DNA of 60,951 nt, filler included, from Nitrospirae bacterium CG2_30_53_67 (GCA_001873285.1; 7 parts of 7 records of this genome joined end to end with filler, not necessarily neighbours in it); one strand, 5' to 3'; numbered from the whole stretch's first letter, positions 39,855 through 50,166 are shown. Made by a program: numbers and translations. The notes: generated by a model from the sequence alone, not told the origin.

Positions 39855-40336
39855 ATAAAGTTCCCCCGCAAAAGAGGGTCCTTAAGACCCTCTTCATCTT
39901 CCACGGGAAGGGACGGGAAATGTTCCATGAAGGCTCGGGCGAAGAGGCCGGCCCCCGCAGTTTGGACCGTTCCGGACGCAGACTCTATGCTCACGTCACG
40001 CACCCCGCAGCTCGGCGATCTGCATTTGAAGATAAAACCGCAAAGTTTCTCCAGTTCAAGTTCCGGAAGTTTTTTCTTTGCCCATTGCAGGATCCGGCTT
40101 GTGTGGTCAACCCCGGTCACCAGGGTCACAAGTCGAGGCGTCTCAGGGCCGGGAACTAAATGCATCGGCTCCCTGGGCACAGGAAGCCCGCATTCCACCT
40201 CCGGGCATACGGGGACCCAGTCAACAAACCCTTCCAGATTCTCTTTCAAAGAGGGATTCAGCCGGTGCCCGCCGTCATAACGGACCTTCTCACCCAGGAG
40301 GCAGGCGCTTACCCCTATCTTGATCCGATCTTTCAT
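39830..40336 (-). CDS. DUF523 family protein (2-thiouracil desulfurase-like)
   Basis: VSACLLGEKVRYDG, CPEVECGL..PREP, SPSCG. Confidence 0.88.
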   Translation of the reverse strand: MKDRIKIGVSACLLGEKVRYDGGHRLNPSLKENLEGFVDWVPVCPEVECGLPVPREPMHLVPGPETPRLVTLVTGVDHTSRILQWAKKKLPELELEKLCGFIFKCRSPSCGVRDVSIESASGTVQTAGAGLFARAFMEHFPSLPVEDEEGLKDPLLRGNFIYRLWSSG

Positions 40337-40407
40337 GAGTCATGCAACCTTGATGGGCGATGATCCTGTCAGTATAGGGCATAAATCAGAACCCTTCAGA
40401 ATCCGCT

Positions 40408-41790
40408 TCACCCGCTGATCCTGAAGCGGACCTCCCGTACAAACGAGACAAAGCGCCCGGCCCACTCCGGAGCGCCCGCATGGTGAAGATGGGCATAGGA
40501 GGCCAGGACGTTTTTGTAGAGGATGCCGTCATGTTCCCCGTCTATTCCCTGTCCTCGGGCCAGCCGGTAGGCGAAGTCCGCCTTCCCCAGGTTCGCCGCC
40601 CGTGAATGGTGAAATTCATGCGCCCGGACCTCGGTCTCTCCCGGAGACCATGGCCCTTTCCCCGTAGGCTTAAGGATCACATAGCCGTGCCCCATGGGAC
40701 GGGGGAGCATCTCGATGTCACAGGGGAGCGCGCCCACCATGGACCGTGTCCGGCTGCGAAAGGATATGGAACGAGACAGGTACATCAGCCCCCCGCATTC
40801 GGCATAGACCGGCATCCCTTGTTCGATGGCAGACCGGATCTCGGCACGGAGAGTGACGTTCTTCTCCAGCGCATCCATAAAGATCTCCGGGAATCCGCCG
40901 CCGATATAAAGGCCGCCGACCTCCGGCAGGTGCGGATCTCTCAACGTATTGAATGGGACCAGCTCGGCGCCAGCCATGCTTAGAGCCTGCAGGTTCTCCG
41001 GGTAATAAAAGGTAAAGGCGGGATCCGAAGCCAGCCCGAGCCTGACATCCGGAACCGGAAAAGAAACAAGATCCTCAGGTTGCACGGGCATCATGGGAGC
41101 CGAACCGGCCAGTTCCAGGATCCGGTCGAGGTTGAGGTATTCGTTCACGGCATGGGCGATTCTTTCGATGACCGGGTGCAGTCCGGCATCCTCCTTGAGC
41201 GGGGTGAGCCCCAAGTGACGCTCTTCAATGAAAAGCTCTTTTTTGTCCGGAACGGCCCCGACCACCTCCATGCCGCAATAGTAGTCGAGAGCTTCCCTCA
41301 GTTTCTTCTCATGCCGAGATCCCCGGACTCGGTTCAGGATCACCGATGCGATGTGGGTCTCCGGCTCGAATTTCTGGTGTCCGAGGATCAGGGGGGCCAC
41401 CCCACGGGTCATCCGGAGGGTATTGACCACAAGGATTGAAGGAGCCTTGAGAAGCCTCGCAAGGGCGGCGGTGCTGTCCGTACCCTTGAGATCAAGCCCG
41501 TCGTAAAACCCCATGTTCCCTTCGATCACGGAGAGATCCGAACCCCGGCTCGCCGCTGCAAACGTCTCGAGGATGTTCCGTTCCCCCATCATAAAGAAAT
41601 CGAGGTTCCGGCATTCCCGTCCTGAGGCCGCGGTCAGCCACATGGGATCAATGAAATCCGGCCCCTTCTTGAAAGGCTGGACAGAAAGCCCTGAATCCTT
41701 GAACGCTGCGCAAAGACCGAGGCTGATGGTCGATTTCCCGGAACTCCGGTGCGGGGCGGAGATCACAATACGGGGTCTTGCCTGTTCCAT
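40408..41790 (-). CDS. Cobyrinate a,c-diamide synthase paralogue (possibly DsrN siroheme amidase)
   Basis: SAPHRSSGKST, FKKGPDFIDP, ERHLGL, AECGGLMYL, HEFH, SYAHLH. Confidence 0.85.
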   Translation of the reverse strand: MEQARPRIVISAPHRSSGKSTISLGLCAAFKDSGLSVQPFKKGPDFIDPMWLTAASGRECRNLDFFMMGERNILETFAAASRGSDLSVIEGNMGFYDGLDLKGTDSTAALARLLKAPSILVVNTLRMTRGVAPLILGHQKFEPETHIASVILNRVRGSRHEKKLREALDYYCGMEVVGAVPDKKELFIEERHLGLTPLKEDAGLHPVIERIAHAVNEYLNLDRILELAGSAPMMPVQPEDLVSFPVPDVRLGLASDPAFTFYYPENLQALSMAGAELVPFNTLRDPHLPEVGGLYIGGGFPEIFMDALEKNVTLRAEIRSAIEQGMPVYAECGGLMYLSRSISFRSRTRSMVGALPCDIEMLPRPMGHGYVILKPTGKGPWSPGETEVRAHEFHHSRAANLGKADFAYRLARGQGIDGEHDGILYKNVLASYAHLHHAGAPEWAGRFVSFVREVRFRISG

Positions 41791-41828
41791 GAAGGCTCCA
41801 CGAATCCCAAGGAAGAATTTTCATCGAT

Positions 41829-42048
41829 ATATTAAGGTTCTCATAGATACGACATCATATCGAAAATCCCTCCCCCGATAAACCTATTCGAGGGCAGGCT
41901 CTAACCTCCCTTTTCTAAAGGCTTGCCCCCTCTTATTTAAGAGGGGGCAAGGGGGAGTTATCCCTCTGAGGGGCAAGGGGGAGTTATCCCTCTGAGGGGC
42001 AAGGGGAGATTTTATGAACCATGTCTATTCTATTTCGATACTATTAAT
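41829..42048. repeat. Palindromic MITE-like element with a 26-bp tandem duplication
   Basis: Unit GAGGGGCAAGGGGGAGTTATCCCTCT occurs twice plus a partial copy (about 41941-42008); imperfect inverted ends TATTAA..AAAATCCCTCC / GGGGAGATTTT..TTAATA. Confidence 0.6.
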
Positions 42049-42428
42049 AACTGCCGATTTCACGAGACATGGTACCTTTCCAAAGGCGTAAAAATCAAGC
42101 GAATAAAAAATTCTTGACCAACGGCCATTCCATATCGGATAATAAAATTAATCATCCAATGGATTTTATAATGAAATGCGTCATCAGGTACCAACCCATC
42201 CTTCGGAAGACCAGCCCCGAAGACGCGGCCGCGCTCAAGGCCGCCTATCTCGCCGGGGACGGCCTCTGCCCTGCCTGCAAAAGAGAGGGGTTTTCCGTGC
42301 CCATTGAAGAGCGGTTCGGAGAGACCCCTTGAGAAGGCGACGGAACCTACGCCGTGTGCGCAGGACTTAAACATGCCGCCCATCTGGATTAGAAGAAAGC
42401 CTGCGCCGGAATCCAAAGGCGGGCCGGA

Positions 42429-43244
42429 TCATTGACTGATGAATCGGATCAGCTTCTTTGCATCGTGCACAGCCCGTCCCCCTGCGTCATTGTTAAAATA
42501 ACAGAAGACCCTCTTTCCGACACCGGCCCATTCACGGATCTTCTTTGCCTCCGACCTCAGCTCAGGTTCCGCATATCCGGAGGCATAGAGCTCCTGCGGC
42601 CCATGCCGGCGGATGTAGATGATCCCGGATCTGCGGGGGTCACGGACATTCAGATTCGGCCAGTCGGCAAGGCAGAGCGATGCACGGTATCGCCGGAGAA
42701 GACCCCCGACCTCGTCGCATACCCAGGTGGGATTGCGAAACTCGAAGACACAAACGGGGCGCCTCACGAGACTCTGCGATTTGAGGTACTTGAGCATGGA
42801 CTCCAGACGTTCAATGTTCACCTTCCAGAACGGCGGGAGTTGAAACAGCAGGGGGCCGAGCTTTCTCCCCAATCCTGAGACGTTCTCCAGGAATGCCTTC
42901 ATGGAGCTCTCCGGCTCGGAGAGCTTCTTCATGTGGGTGACAAACCGGCTCACCTTAACGGCAAATATAAATCCTTCGGGGACCGTATCCCTCCAATTTT
43001 CAAAGGTCTCTTTCTTGGGGAGGTGGTAAAATGAATTGTTGATCTCGACCGTTTGAAAGTGATCGGCGTAAAAGGCGAGCCATGCTCTTTGTCTGAGCTC
43101 AGGAGGATAAAAAACCCCGTCTCCCCAGTGAGGATAGTTCCAGCCCGAGGTCCCGATGAAGATATTCCCTGAAGTTCCGGCCGACCGCCCCTTCGTTGTC
43201 ATTCCGAGGGAGCGGAGCGACCGAGGAATCTTTGCCTCTGACAT
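42429..43244 (-). CDS. DUF72 (YecE-like) protein
   Basis: IGTSGWNY, VEINNSFY, LFQLPP, EFRN, YFNND; start uncertain (43244 or 43202). Confidence 0.9.
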   Translation of the reverse strand: MSEAKIPRSLRSLGMTTKGRSAGTSGNIFIGTSGWNYPHWGDGVFYPPELRQRAWLAFYADHFQTVEINNSFYHLPKKETFENWRDTVPEGFIFAVKVSRFVTHMKKLSEPESSMKAFLENVSGLGRKLGPLLFQLPPFWKVNIERLESMLKYLKSQSLVRRPVCVFEFRNPTWVCDEVGGLLRRYRASLCLADWPNLNVRDPRRSGIIYIRRHGPQELYASGYAEPELRSEAKKIREWAGVGKRVFCYFNNDAGGRAVHDAKKLIRFISQ

Positions 43245-43777
43245 GAGGAATACACCATCTTTAACCAACCACCAACTCAAACGGGAAAGGCTTGTGATAG
43301 TAAACCACTACTTTGTCCATATAACGTCTCCTTCCTTTACCTTGTCTGTGGGATAAGCAGTTATTAGGAAACCTTTCATCCCCATCTGAATGCTTTTCAT
43401 AAAGGGCTACTCCAAAATAACAAAATACCTAAGCCTGACCCCACGCATGACTCAAATCTAATTTCCCAAGAGCAAGGAGAAATAGGAAAGCAACCAACAG
43501 AACGATCACCGAGATCTTAAATCCGCCTTTTGATGATACGAGAAACTCAGGGGGTACAGAGAAATTCAAAGTAGGAATATTCTGAACCCCGGTCCATGGA
43601 ATTGAAACTTGGATGGCACTTCCCGGACTGCACACCCGGCCGGGTATGTGCGCCCGTTTGAAGGGGAAAAATGCACTGCAAGAAGGAGATGATACGTCTG
43701 AAGGGGGCGGCGGGGCAATCCACCACCCTACAGGATTTCCCCGCCGCTCTCTTCTTCAATACCGGATGTCAGATCCC

Positions 43778-44281
43778 TTAAACGAAAAGATTGATCTTGG
43801 CGTCGCTCGCGATATCCAGATAGCTCGCCGCGCCCACAAACTCACACCCATCGATAAAATCACTCTGATGAAAACCGAAGAGTTCGACCGTCATCTGGCA
43901 GGCCAGCATCTTGACCCCGGCTTCCATACACAGGCTTCTGAGCTGTTCGATGGTGGCAACGCCGTTATTGGCGATGGTCTTCTTCATCAGGACGGTAGCC
44001 AAGTTCTCATATCCAGGAATATTGGCCTGAACAATATTCGGGATGTTCCAACTGATATTCCGGAACCATTTGGGACCCATAGGCATCTTCATGGGCATGG
44101 CCGGGTTGCCCAAGGGGCTGACCGTGGCTGTGATCTTTTTCTTGAGCAGGGTCAGACCATAAAAGGTAAAGAAGATGCTGACTTCATAATCAAGCGCCGC
44201 CGCCGTGGAACCGAGAATAAAAGGCGGATAGGCCCAGTCCAATGTTCCCTTACTTGCAATGATCGTCATCTTCGTCCCCAT
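43778..44281 (-). CDS. DsrE/DsrF/DrsH-like (DsrE2-type) sulfur-relay protein
   Basis: SKGTLDWAYPPFIL, FFTFYGL, LACQMT, GAASYL. Confidence 0.88.
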   Translation of the reverse strand: MGTKMTIIASKGTLDWAYPPFILGSTAAALDYEVSIFFTFYGLTLLKKKITATVSPLGNPAMPMKMPMGPKWFRNISWNIPNIVQANIPGYENLATVLMKKTIANNGVATIEQLRSLCMEAGVKMLACQMTVELFGFHQSDFIDGCEFVGAASYLDIASDAKINLFV

Positions 44282-44669
44282 ACGTCTCTCCTTTTTTTTC
44301 GGCTGAGTTTCAAGTCAGCCTTTGGTTTAAGAAGCCCCAAACACCTGAAGGCAGTACGGTTTTATATCCGACTTCCCTTTCTCAACGATCCATGTCTTAG
44401 TCCCGGCATGGACACTGAACACCTTCCAATATATTCCAATTCTTGACTTCTCTTACCGCCCCTCGATAGGCCGAGACCCATACATGATCTAACCATGTTG
44501 TGGTACATTACCAGAAGAAAAAGTAAAATGGAAGAAAAAAATTTATTCCCAGTGTTTTTTTGGGGGATGGGATTTTTAAGACCATACAACCCTTGGCAGA
44601 CGGCTTTTGTCAAATTTAACGTGTCACATATTTAGCGTTCTCAAACGATTCGATAAGATCCCGGCTTTC

Positions 44670-44942
44670 TCATTCCTCCGGGCCTTTGCCCTTCTTAAAA
44701 ATGATGTGCGTTTCATCTGTTAGAAGTCCGCAGGCCGTGTAATTGACCACCCATAACAGAATGGCGACAATGGGGATGGCCACAATGGCGATGCCCATTC
44801 CAGGACCTGTGGATTCGTTCAGCTCTCTTGCAGAGTAGATCAGGTAAAAAAACCAGCCGAAAAAACTTAAAATAAAGAGATTGAAACAAAGGACCATTAC
44901 AATTTGGATAATGTACGCGCTCTTGGCCTGGACTTTGATCAT
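44670..44942 (-). CDS. Small two-TM membrane protein
   Basis: Two hydrophobic segments; RBS AGGAGG directly after the cytochrome gene. Confidence 0.65.
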   Translation of the reverse strand: MIKVQAKSAYIIQIVMVLCFNLFILSFFGWFFYLIYSARELNESTGPGMGIAIVAIPIVAILLWVVNYTACGLLTDETHIIFKKGKGPEE

Positions 44943-44957
44943 GGATCTGCCTCCTAT

Positions 44958-46229
44958 TCAGTGTTTGTCGTGAATGGCCGGGACCTCTTTCTGATCCCCG
45001 CTCATCTCTATTTTCATTTCGGTCTTCTGAATCAGGACCGGTTGATACAGATAATTGACATAGGCCTTGACGATCACATCCTTGTCCGGAACGACCATGA
45101 ACCTGAACGTCTCGGTCCGGGTTTCATGCGGGGAAATCCGGTTGTCTTCAACAAAGCGGGCGGGCTTCCACATGAGATCCGCATCCCCGGAAAATTCCTC
45201 TCCGGTCTCTTGGTCCACCAGTTTTTTTCTGTAAACCTTCTGCCGGATCACGGTCTTTCCATCGGGAACCGTTTTGACCTCACAGATCAGAACCAGATTT
45301 CTCGAAGGGATGCCGGTAGGCAATTTATGCCCTGAACCTGTATTGGTCAAACTCACGACAACAGTGAGGTTGCCCCCTCTTCTTTCCACCTTCTCAAGTC
45401 GTGTGACGATATCATCATGTTCATGTTCCGTTTTGACAGGCGGCGCGTCTTTAGAATGGATCCCTCCGCTGAGTGAATCTTTGAACATCCGCATCCTGGG
45501 GTCTTTCACTTTCCCCTCTGCATGGGGCACATGGCAGCTTTGACATGGAATGCCCTGTCCGGCGTAAGGACTTTTCTTCCATTCCGTATAGGTCCCCAAT
45601 AAAGATACGCCATTTTCATCTGAGTACTCATGGCACCCTGCGCAGAATTCCGAAGAAGCAAGGACCGGATTTTTTTTGATATCGTGATACGTTCGATCCC
45701 GTTTCCAATCCACGCCGGCCTTGCTTAAGAGCGGATTCATGGCCATCGGGCTCGCCCGTCCGGACAAATCCACATCCTTGACCGCGTGGCAGAAATCACA
45801 GGTGACACCTTCTCTGGTTATCTCAAGTTCCTGATCAAAATCTTTGGTTAACAAGACCGTGGGCGCATGACATCTCAGGCAGAATTTTTTCGCCTGACCT
45901 CCTGTTCGGGTATAGACCAGAGCATAGGTTGATTCAAAGATGGGATCGTCCATGGAATGGGCGTGCATGGACAAACTCCACGTCTTAAAGATTTCCTGGT
46001 GACACTGACCGCATATTTTCGCAGGAATATATATCCTTTGACGTCCCGTCTCGCTCTCGGTCAGTGGTTCGGCCTGCAAAGAAAACAGAGGCCGTTCCAT
46101 CAGTAAAGCAGTCAGGATGACCAGCACAGCCATCAGGATGGAACAGCGTGTTTTGAACTCATGAGTGTGCCGGTTCCCGGGTATTGAACGCCGGTTTTGT
46201 TGTGTTTGAAGCGTATGAGAAGAAACCAA
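44958..46229 (-). CDS. Pentahaem c-type cytochrome (c554-like) with C-terminal beta-rich domain
   Basis: Five CxxCH motifs (CGQCH, CLRCH, CDFCH, CAGCH, CQSCH) and GHKLPTG; true start may be ATG 46133. Confidence 0.88.
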   Translation of the reverse strand: MVSSHTLQTQQNRRSIPGNRHTHEFKTRCSILMAVLVILTALLMERPLFSLQAEPLTESETGRQRIYIPAKICGQCHQEIFKTWSLSMHAHSMDDPIFESTYALVYTRTGGQAKKFCLRCHAPTVLLTKDFDQELEITREGVTCDFCHAVKDVDLSGRASPMAMNPLLSKAGVDWKRDRTYHDIKKNPVLASSEFCAGCHEYSDENGVSLLGTYTEWKKSPYAGQGIPCQSCHVPHAEGKVKDPRMRMFKDSLSGGIHSKDAPPVKTEHEHDDIVTRLEKVERRGGNLTVVVSLTNTGSGHKLPTGIPSRNLVLICEVKTVPDGKTVIRQKVYRKKLVDQETGEEFSGDADLMWKPARFVEDNRISPHETRTETFRFMVVPDKDVIVKAYVNYLYQPVLIQKTEMKIEMSGDQKEVPAIHDKH

Positions 46230-46279
46230 GTTTTTCTCCTGATGGCGCTTGTACAGGAATTCGATTCTTTAATTTTATA

Positions 46280-46295
46280 TGCAACGGTTGTGCCA
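46280..46295 (-). promoter_or_regulatory. Sigma-54 -24/-12 promoter for the cytochrome gene
   Basis: Minus strand TGGCAC-AACCG-TTGCA. Confidence 0.8.
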
Positions 46296-46600
46296 TCCAA
46301 GAGAAAAAAGGGAGAAGTTTCCCAACAAATTGTTTTTCAAAGGATTTTTTAAATAAGGATCCCCATTTAAAAACTGTCCTGAAACCGGTCAGTGTCCGGA
46401 AATGCAGTGACTTGTTTTTAACTTTAAAATCAAACTGTTGAAACAGATAGCCTCAAGATTGTTATGAAAAGTGTATGGAAACCGGTCGTTTTTCTTTTAT
46501 CCCTGAACTTTGTCCGGCCCTGGTCCAACAGGCACTCAACTTGTGATAAAATATGGCCTTATCCATTTATCAATCTTCCTTTCCGGGTGAGCCTTCAATT

Positions 46601-46616
46601 TGGCATACCTTTTGCT
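46601..46616 (+). promoter_or_regulatory. Sigma-54 -24/-12 promoter (divergent)
   Basis: TGGCAT-ACCTT-TTGCT, 80 bp upstream of ATG 46696. Confidence 0.75.
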
Positions 46617-46695
46617 TGACGGAATCTTAATCAGGTTCTTTATGAACCGTCGCTTCGGAAGTTTTCATTGATCTCCTTTCAAGGAGGGGAATTCC

Positions 46696-46769
46696 ATGAC
46701 AAGGCGATCCGCCACCGGCATGATCTTCTGTGCGCTCTTAAGCGCCATGGCGGTGTCACTGTTTTGCAT
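46696..46769 (+). CDS. Start of an exported protein (truncated by contig end)
   Basis: RBS AAGGAGG; MTRRSATGMIFCALLSAMAVSLFC signal-like sequence. Confidence 0.6.
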
Positions 46770-46869
46770 NNNNNNNNNNNNNNNNNNNNNNNNNNNNNNN
46801 NNNNNNNNNNNNNTTAATTAATTAANNNNNNNNNNNNNNNNNNNNNNNNNNNNNNNNNNNNNNNNNNNN
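46770..46869. other. Artificial contig linker
   Basis: N/TTAATTAATTAA/N spacer. Confidence 0.99.
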
Positions 46870-47003
46870 CTATGCTTTTCACTTGGACCCTAAGCCCCTT
46901 GACCCCTCGGACCCTTGAGTTTTTAAAAAGCACTTCACTTGACCCCTGGAATCCTTGACCCCTTGACCCCTGATGTTTTCACCCACTCTTTTGGAGCTGA
47001 TCC
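46870..47003 (-). mobile_element. Partial copy of the octamer-repeat ISL3-like MITE
   Basis: Ends in ACCCACTCTTTTGGAGCTGATCC; reverse-complement match to the copy starting at 60252. Confidence 0.75.
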
Positions 47004-47029
47004 TCATTTTATAGGTTCTGATCCGATAT

Positions 47030-47062
47030 AAAAAAAACCCCCGGCCTTTTCAGTTCGGGGGT
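47030..47062 (-). terminator. Intrinsic terminator of the M23 gene
   Basis: Minus strand ACCCCCG..CGGGGGT hairpin followed by a T-run. Confidence 0.7.
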
Positions 47063-47128
47063 ATGTTATCGTAAATTCAGTGATCTTTCAATGGAAAATC
47101 TCGTTTGACTTTCCTCTGAGAAAACCGC

Positions 47129-48034
47129 TCAATTCATAATGTATTTCATGGGGTTTACATGAACACCGTTGACGATGACCTCATAATGGAGGTGCGGGCC
47201 CGTGCTGCGTCCGGTATTTCCAACGTAGGCAATGATATTACCCCGCTTGACGCGGTCTCCCACGCGTACGGCGATCTTGGAGTTGTGGCCATAGCGGGTG
47301 ATGATCCCGTTTCCGTTATTGATCTCGAGCATTTTCCCGTACCCGTAGTCCTGGGTCACGAGTGTAACGATGCCGTCGCAGGGAGCGATCACGGAAGTGC
47401 CTGTTTGGGTTGCAATATCGAGCCCTTCATGCATGGCTCGATAACCCGTGAAGGAATCCGTCCTCGTCCCGAATCCGGAAGTGACCCACCCGTGAACCGG
47501 CCAGATGGATGGTGTGCCGGCCAGAATGGATTTCTGCTCGGAGAAGAATTCAATGAGTTCCTGGAAGCTGACCTCCTGCTTGGCCGTGGTCTGGCTCAAT
47601 TCATTGAGATCCCGTGTAATCTCTGAGGAGAGGTCTGTCTGATACTCGTTGGGAAGCGAGGTTTTTGCCGGCCCGCCGATGCCCAGCAGGTATTTGTTGT
47701 TATGGGTTTTATCCAGATTGGCCATCACGCGCAGCTTATGGTCGAGGTCTTTCAGGGATTCAAGTTCTGTTTTGATCTGTTCCAGATTCCTTTTAAAGGC
47801 CTGCAACTGAAAACGCTGAACCGTATTCTCCTTGCGAAGGGAGTTGAATCCCTTCATCTGAATCTTCATCCGGGTATAGTCTAATAAAAAATAGAACGAG
47901 AGGGAGACCGCAACGATGGCGACCACCACGGCCGCCGAGATCATCTGAGCCGGGGTCGGGGCGGTGATCCTGATCTTACGGACCTTCGCCGTGGGGTCCG
48001 ACATGATCATCATAGTATATTTTTTCATAGGCAT
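47129..48034 (-). CDS. M23 family metallopeptidase
   Basis: TM plus coiled coil, PSIWPV, HEGLD, YGHN, STGPHLHYEV. Confidence 0.93.
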   Translation of the reverse strand: MPMKKYTMMIMSDPTAKVRKIRITAPTPAQMISAAVVVAIVAVSLSFYFLLDYTRMKIQMKGFNSLRKENTVQRFQLQAFKRNLEQIKTELESLKDLDHKLRVMANLDKTHNNKYLLGIGGPAKTSLPNEYQTDLSSEITRDLNELSQTTAKQEVSFQELIEFFSEQKSILAGTPSIWPVHGWVTSGFGTRTDSFTGYRAMHEGLDIATQTGTSVIAPCDGIVTLVTQDYGYGKMLEINNGNGIITRYGHNSKIAVRVGDRVKRGNIIAYVGNTGRSTGPHLHYEVIVNGVHVNPMKYIMN

Positions 48035-48394
48035 ACCTCTTCGCTGGTTCAAAAAAAAGGGGGAAATCAAGGAATTCAGATTACGGCATTGATTATCATA
48101 TTGGAATTCCCTGTGTCAACCATTCATATCCCCGATTTATTCTGATTTCCCCGTCAGGTAAAATCATCTTTGTCTTGTTTATTATAGTATAACTTCTGTC
48201 AAAAAAATCTGTCAACAAATAAATTAGCTAATGGATTCAAAAGGATATTTCATGATATTTTATTTTTCTGCCGTCAATTTATTGTACAACCGTGAGAATC
48301 GGCCCTGGGTCTTTATCTGAAGAGGATCTCATTATCGCCTAAAATCACCAGGAAAGACCTTCTGCTTCAGACTTAGTGGTCAAAAAGCCTCCCT

Positions 48395-49042
48395 CTAATA
48401 ACCCTGAAGAGGACAGCCTGAGCAAACCGGCTTGGACGTGCAATGTCTCTTTCCTGCAGAGACCAGCAGGGCATGGTATTCGTTGAACATCCGGACATCC
48501 GGCGCAAGGTTTTCCATGAAGAGGGACTGGATCTGATGATAGGATGCCTTATCCTCACACAGGCCGTGCCGGCTGAGGACCCTTCGGGTATAGGCATCCA
48601 CCACGAAAACCGGCCTCCCCGCGGCGTACAGGAGGATGGAATCGGCGGTCTCCGGCCCTATTCCTTTAATATTTAAGAGCTTCTCCCTCAGGATCTCCGT
48701 TTTCCCCCTGAACATGGCCTTGAGATCCCCTCCGTATCCGGACATCATGAAATCCATAAAGGATTTAAGCCGGTCCGTCTTGATATTGAAGTATCCGGAA
48801 GACCTGATCAGACGTGAGAGGCGTTGACGGGAGACCTTGTGGAGGGCCTGGGGCGACAGGATCCCCTCTGCTTTCAGGTTGGTGATGGCCTTCTCCACAT
48901 TTTTCCAGTTGGTGTTCTGGGTGAGGATGGCCCCGACGATCACCTCAAACCGGCTGTCTGCCGGCCACCAGTGCTGAGGGCCGTAATGGGCATAGAGGAT
49001 CTTGTATATCCTTAACAGTCTTTGGGCAAGGTTCCTTTTCAT
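48395..49042 (-). CDS. Endonuclease III-related HhH-GPD glycosylase
   Basis: GAILTQNTNW, IKGIGPETADSI, VVDAYT, C-terminal Cys cluster. Confidence 0.9.
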   Translation of the reverse strand: MKRNLAQRLLRIYKILYAHYGPQHWWPADSRFEVIVGAILTQNTNWKNVEKAITNLKAEGILSPQALHKVSRQRLSRLIRSSGYFNIKTDRLKSFMDFMMSGYGGDLKAMFRGKTEILREKLLNIKGIGPETADSILLYAAGRPVFVVDAYTRRVLSRHGLCEDKASYHQIQSLFMENLAPDVRMFNEYHALLVSAGKRHCTSKPVCSGCPLQGY

Positions 49043-50142
49043 CCCGGCACCTTGTTTAAAAAAATGTCCACCAGATCCGGGTCAAACTGGGATCCCCTGT
49101 TCTCTTTGATCTCTTCTATAACCTCTTCTTGAGACCGCCGTGACGTTGCCGCATCATGAAGCATGGCATCATAGGATTCGGTCAGGGCTATGATACGGGA
49201 TGCGAATGGAATATGGTCTCCTTTGATCCCGTCCGGGTAGCCTTCGCCGTCAAAGCGTTCGTGATGGGATCGGACAATACGTTTGATGGCATCAAAACCT
49301 TCCACACTGCTCAGCATCCACTCCCCCTCTACAGGGTGCGCCCGGATGATGTCGACAGGCTTTTCCGTTCCGGTCCGCTTTGCGTTGAGGATCTCATCGG
49401 GAACGGAAATCAATCCGATATCATGGAGAAGACAGGCATTGCTAAGTTCCCTCTGCTCCTCCGGGCTGGAAATCCCGGCGTCTTTTGCCATTCCCATGGC
49501 CAGGTCCTTGACCCGTTCGGAATGGGAAAGGATATAATGGTCTTTCTTCTCCATGATCTTCGTCAGGACATGAATGAGGCTCTCCTGTTTTTTCTGGAGC
49601 TGGCACTCTCTATCCACGTCCCCGGTGACGTCCGAGAAGATCTCCACCCCGCCGATCAAGTCCCGATGGCTGTCTCGGATGGGCGCGGCGTTTACGGCGA
49701 GGACGATCTCCCTGCCGCTTCCGGTCCGGACCCGCACTTCCCGGCTAAACTGGGCTTCACCCGTTTCCATGGCCTTTTTTAGAAGGGTGTGCATTTCGCA
49801 GGATTCTCCGAAAAACTGGGCGCAGGTTTTGCCCAGGATTTCCTTCTCCTGGATTTTCAGGATATGCTGGACGGCCGGGTTATAAGAGAGGATCTGCTGC
49901 TTGGCATCCACCACCATCATGCCGGACGGAATCGATCCAAGGATGGTCTTGAGCAGGCTGGACTGCCCTTCAATGGTCTGCCTGCTCAGTTGAAACTGGA
50001 ATTTTGCAAGATCCTCCTTGCGGCTCCCCGTGACGATGCTCTGTTTGAGGCGGTACTCGAGATCAGAGAGCAACCGGTTTTTCTCCTCGAGCATCCTCGT
50101 CTGGTCCTGGACAATCTTTTTTAATAGGTCAACCTCATTCAT
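49039..50142 (-). CDS. PAS plus HD-GYP cyclic-dinucleotide phosphodiesterase
   Basis: HSERV, LLHDIG, HHERFDGEGYP, QFDPDLV. Confidence 0.9.
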   Translation of the reverse strand: MNEVDLLKKIVQDQTRMLEEKNRLLSDLEYRLKQSIVTGSRKEDLAKFQFQLSRQTIEGQSSLLKTILGSIPSGMMVVDAKQQILSYNPAVQHILKIQEKEILGKTCAQFFGESCEMHTLLKKAMETGEAQFSREVRVRTGSGREIVLAVNAAPIRDSHRDLIGGVEIFSDVTGDVDRECQLQKKQESLIHVLTKIMEKKDHYILSHSERVKDLAMGMAKDAGISSPEEQRELSNACLLHDIGLISVPDEILNAKRTGTEKPVDIIRAHPVEGEWMLSSVEGFDAIKRIVRSHHERFDGEGYPDGIKGDHIPFASRIIALTESYDAMLHDAATSRRSQEEVIEEIKENRGSQFDPDLVDIFLNKVPG

Positions 50143-50166
50143 GAACGGACTCCGTTAAAAAAAACA

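Noticed and set aside
41941..42008. 26-bp repeats as a possible CRISPR array
   Set aside because: The repeats are contiguous with no spacers, and no cas genes are present; this is a tandem duplication within a palindromic element.
42069..42332. Short ORF with a CPAC motif
   Set aside because: No clear start or RBS and no recognisable family; possibly a remnant, but unsupported.
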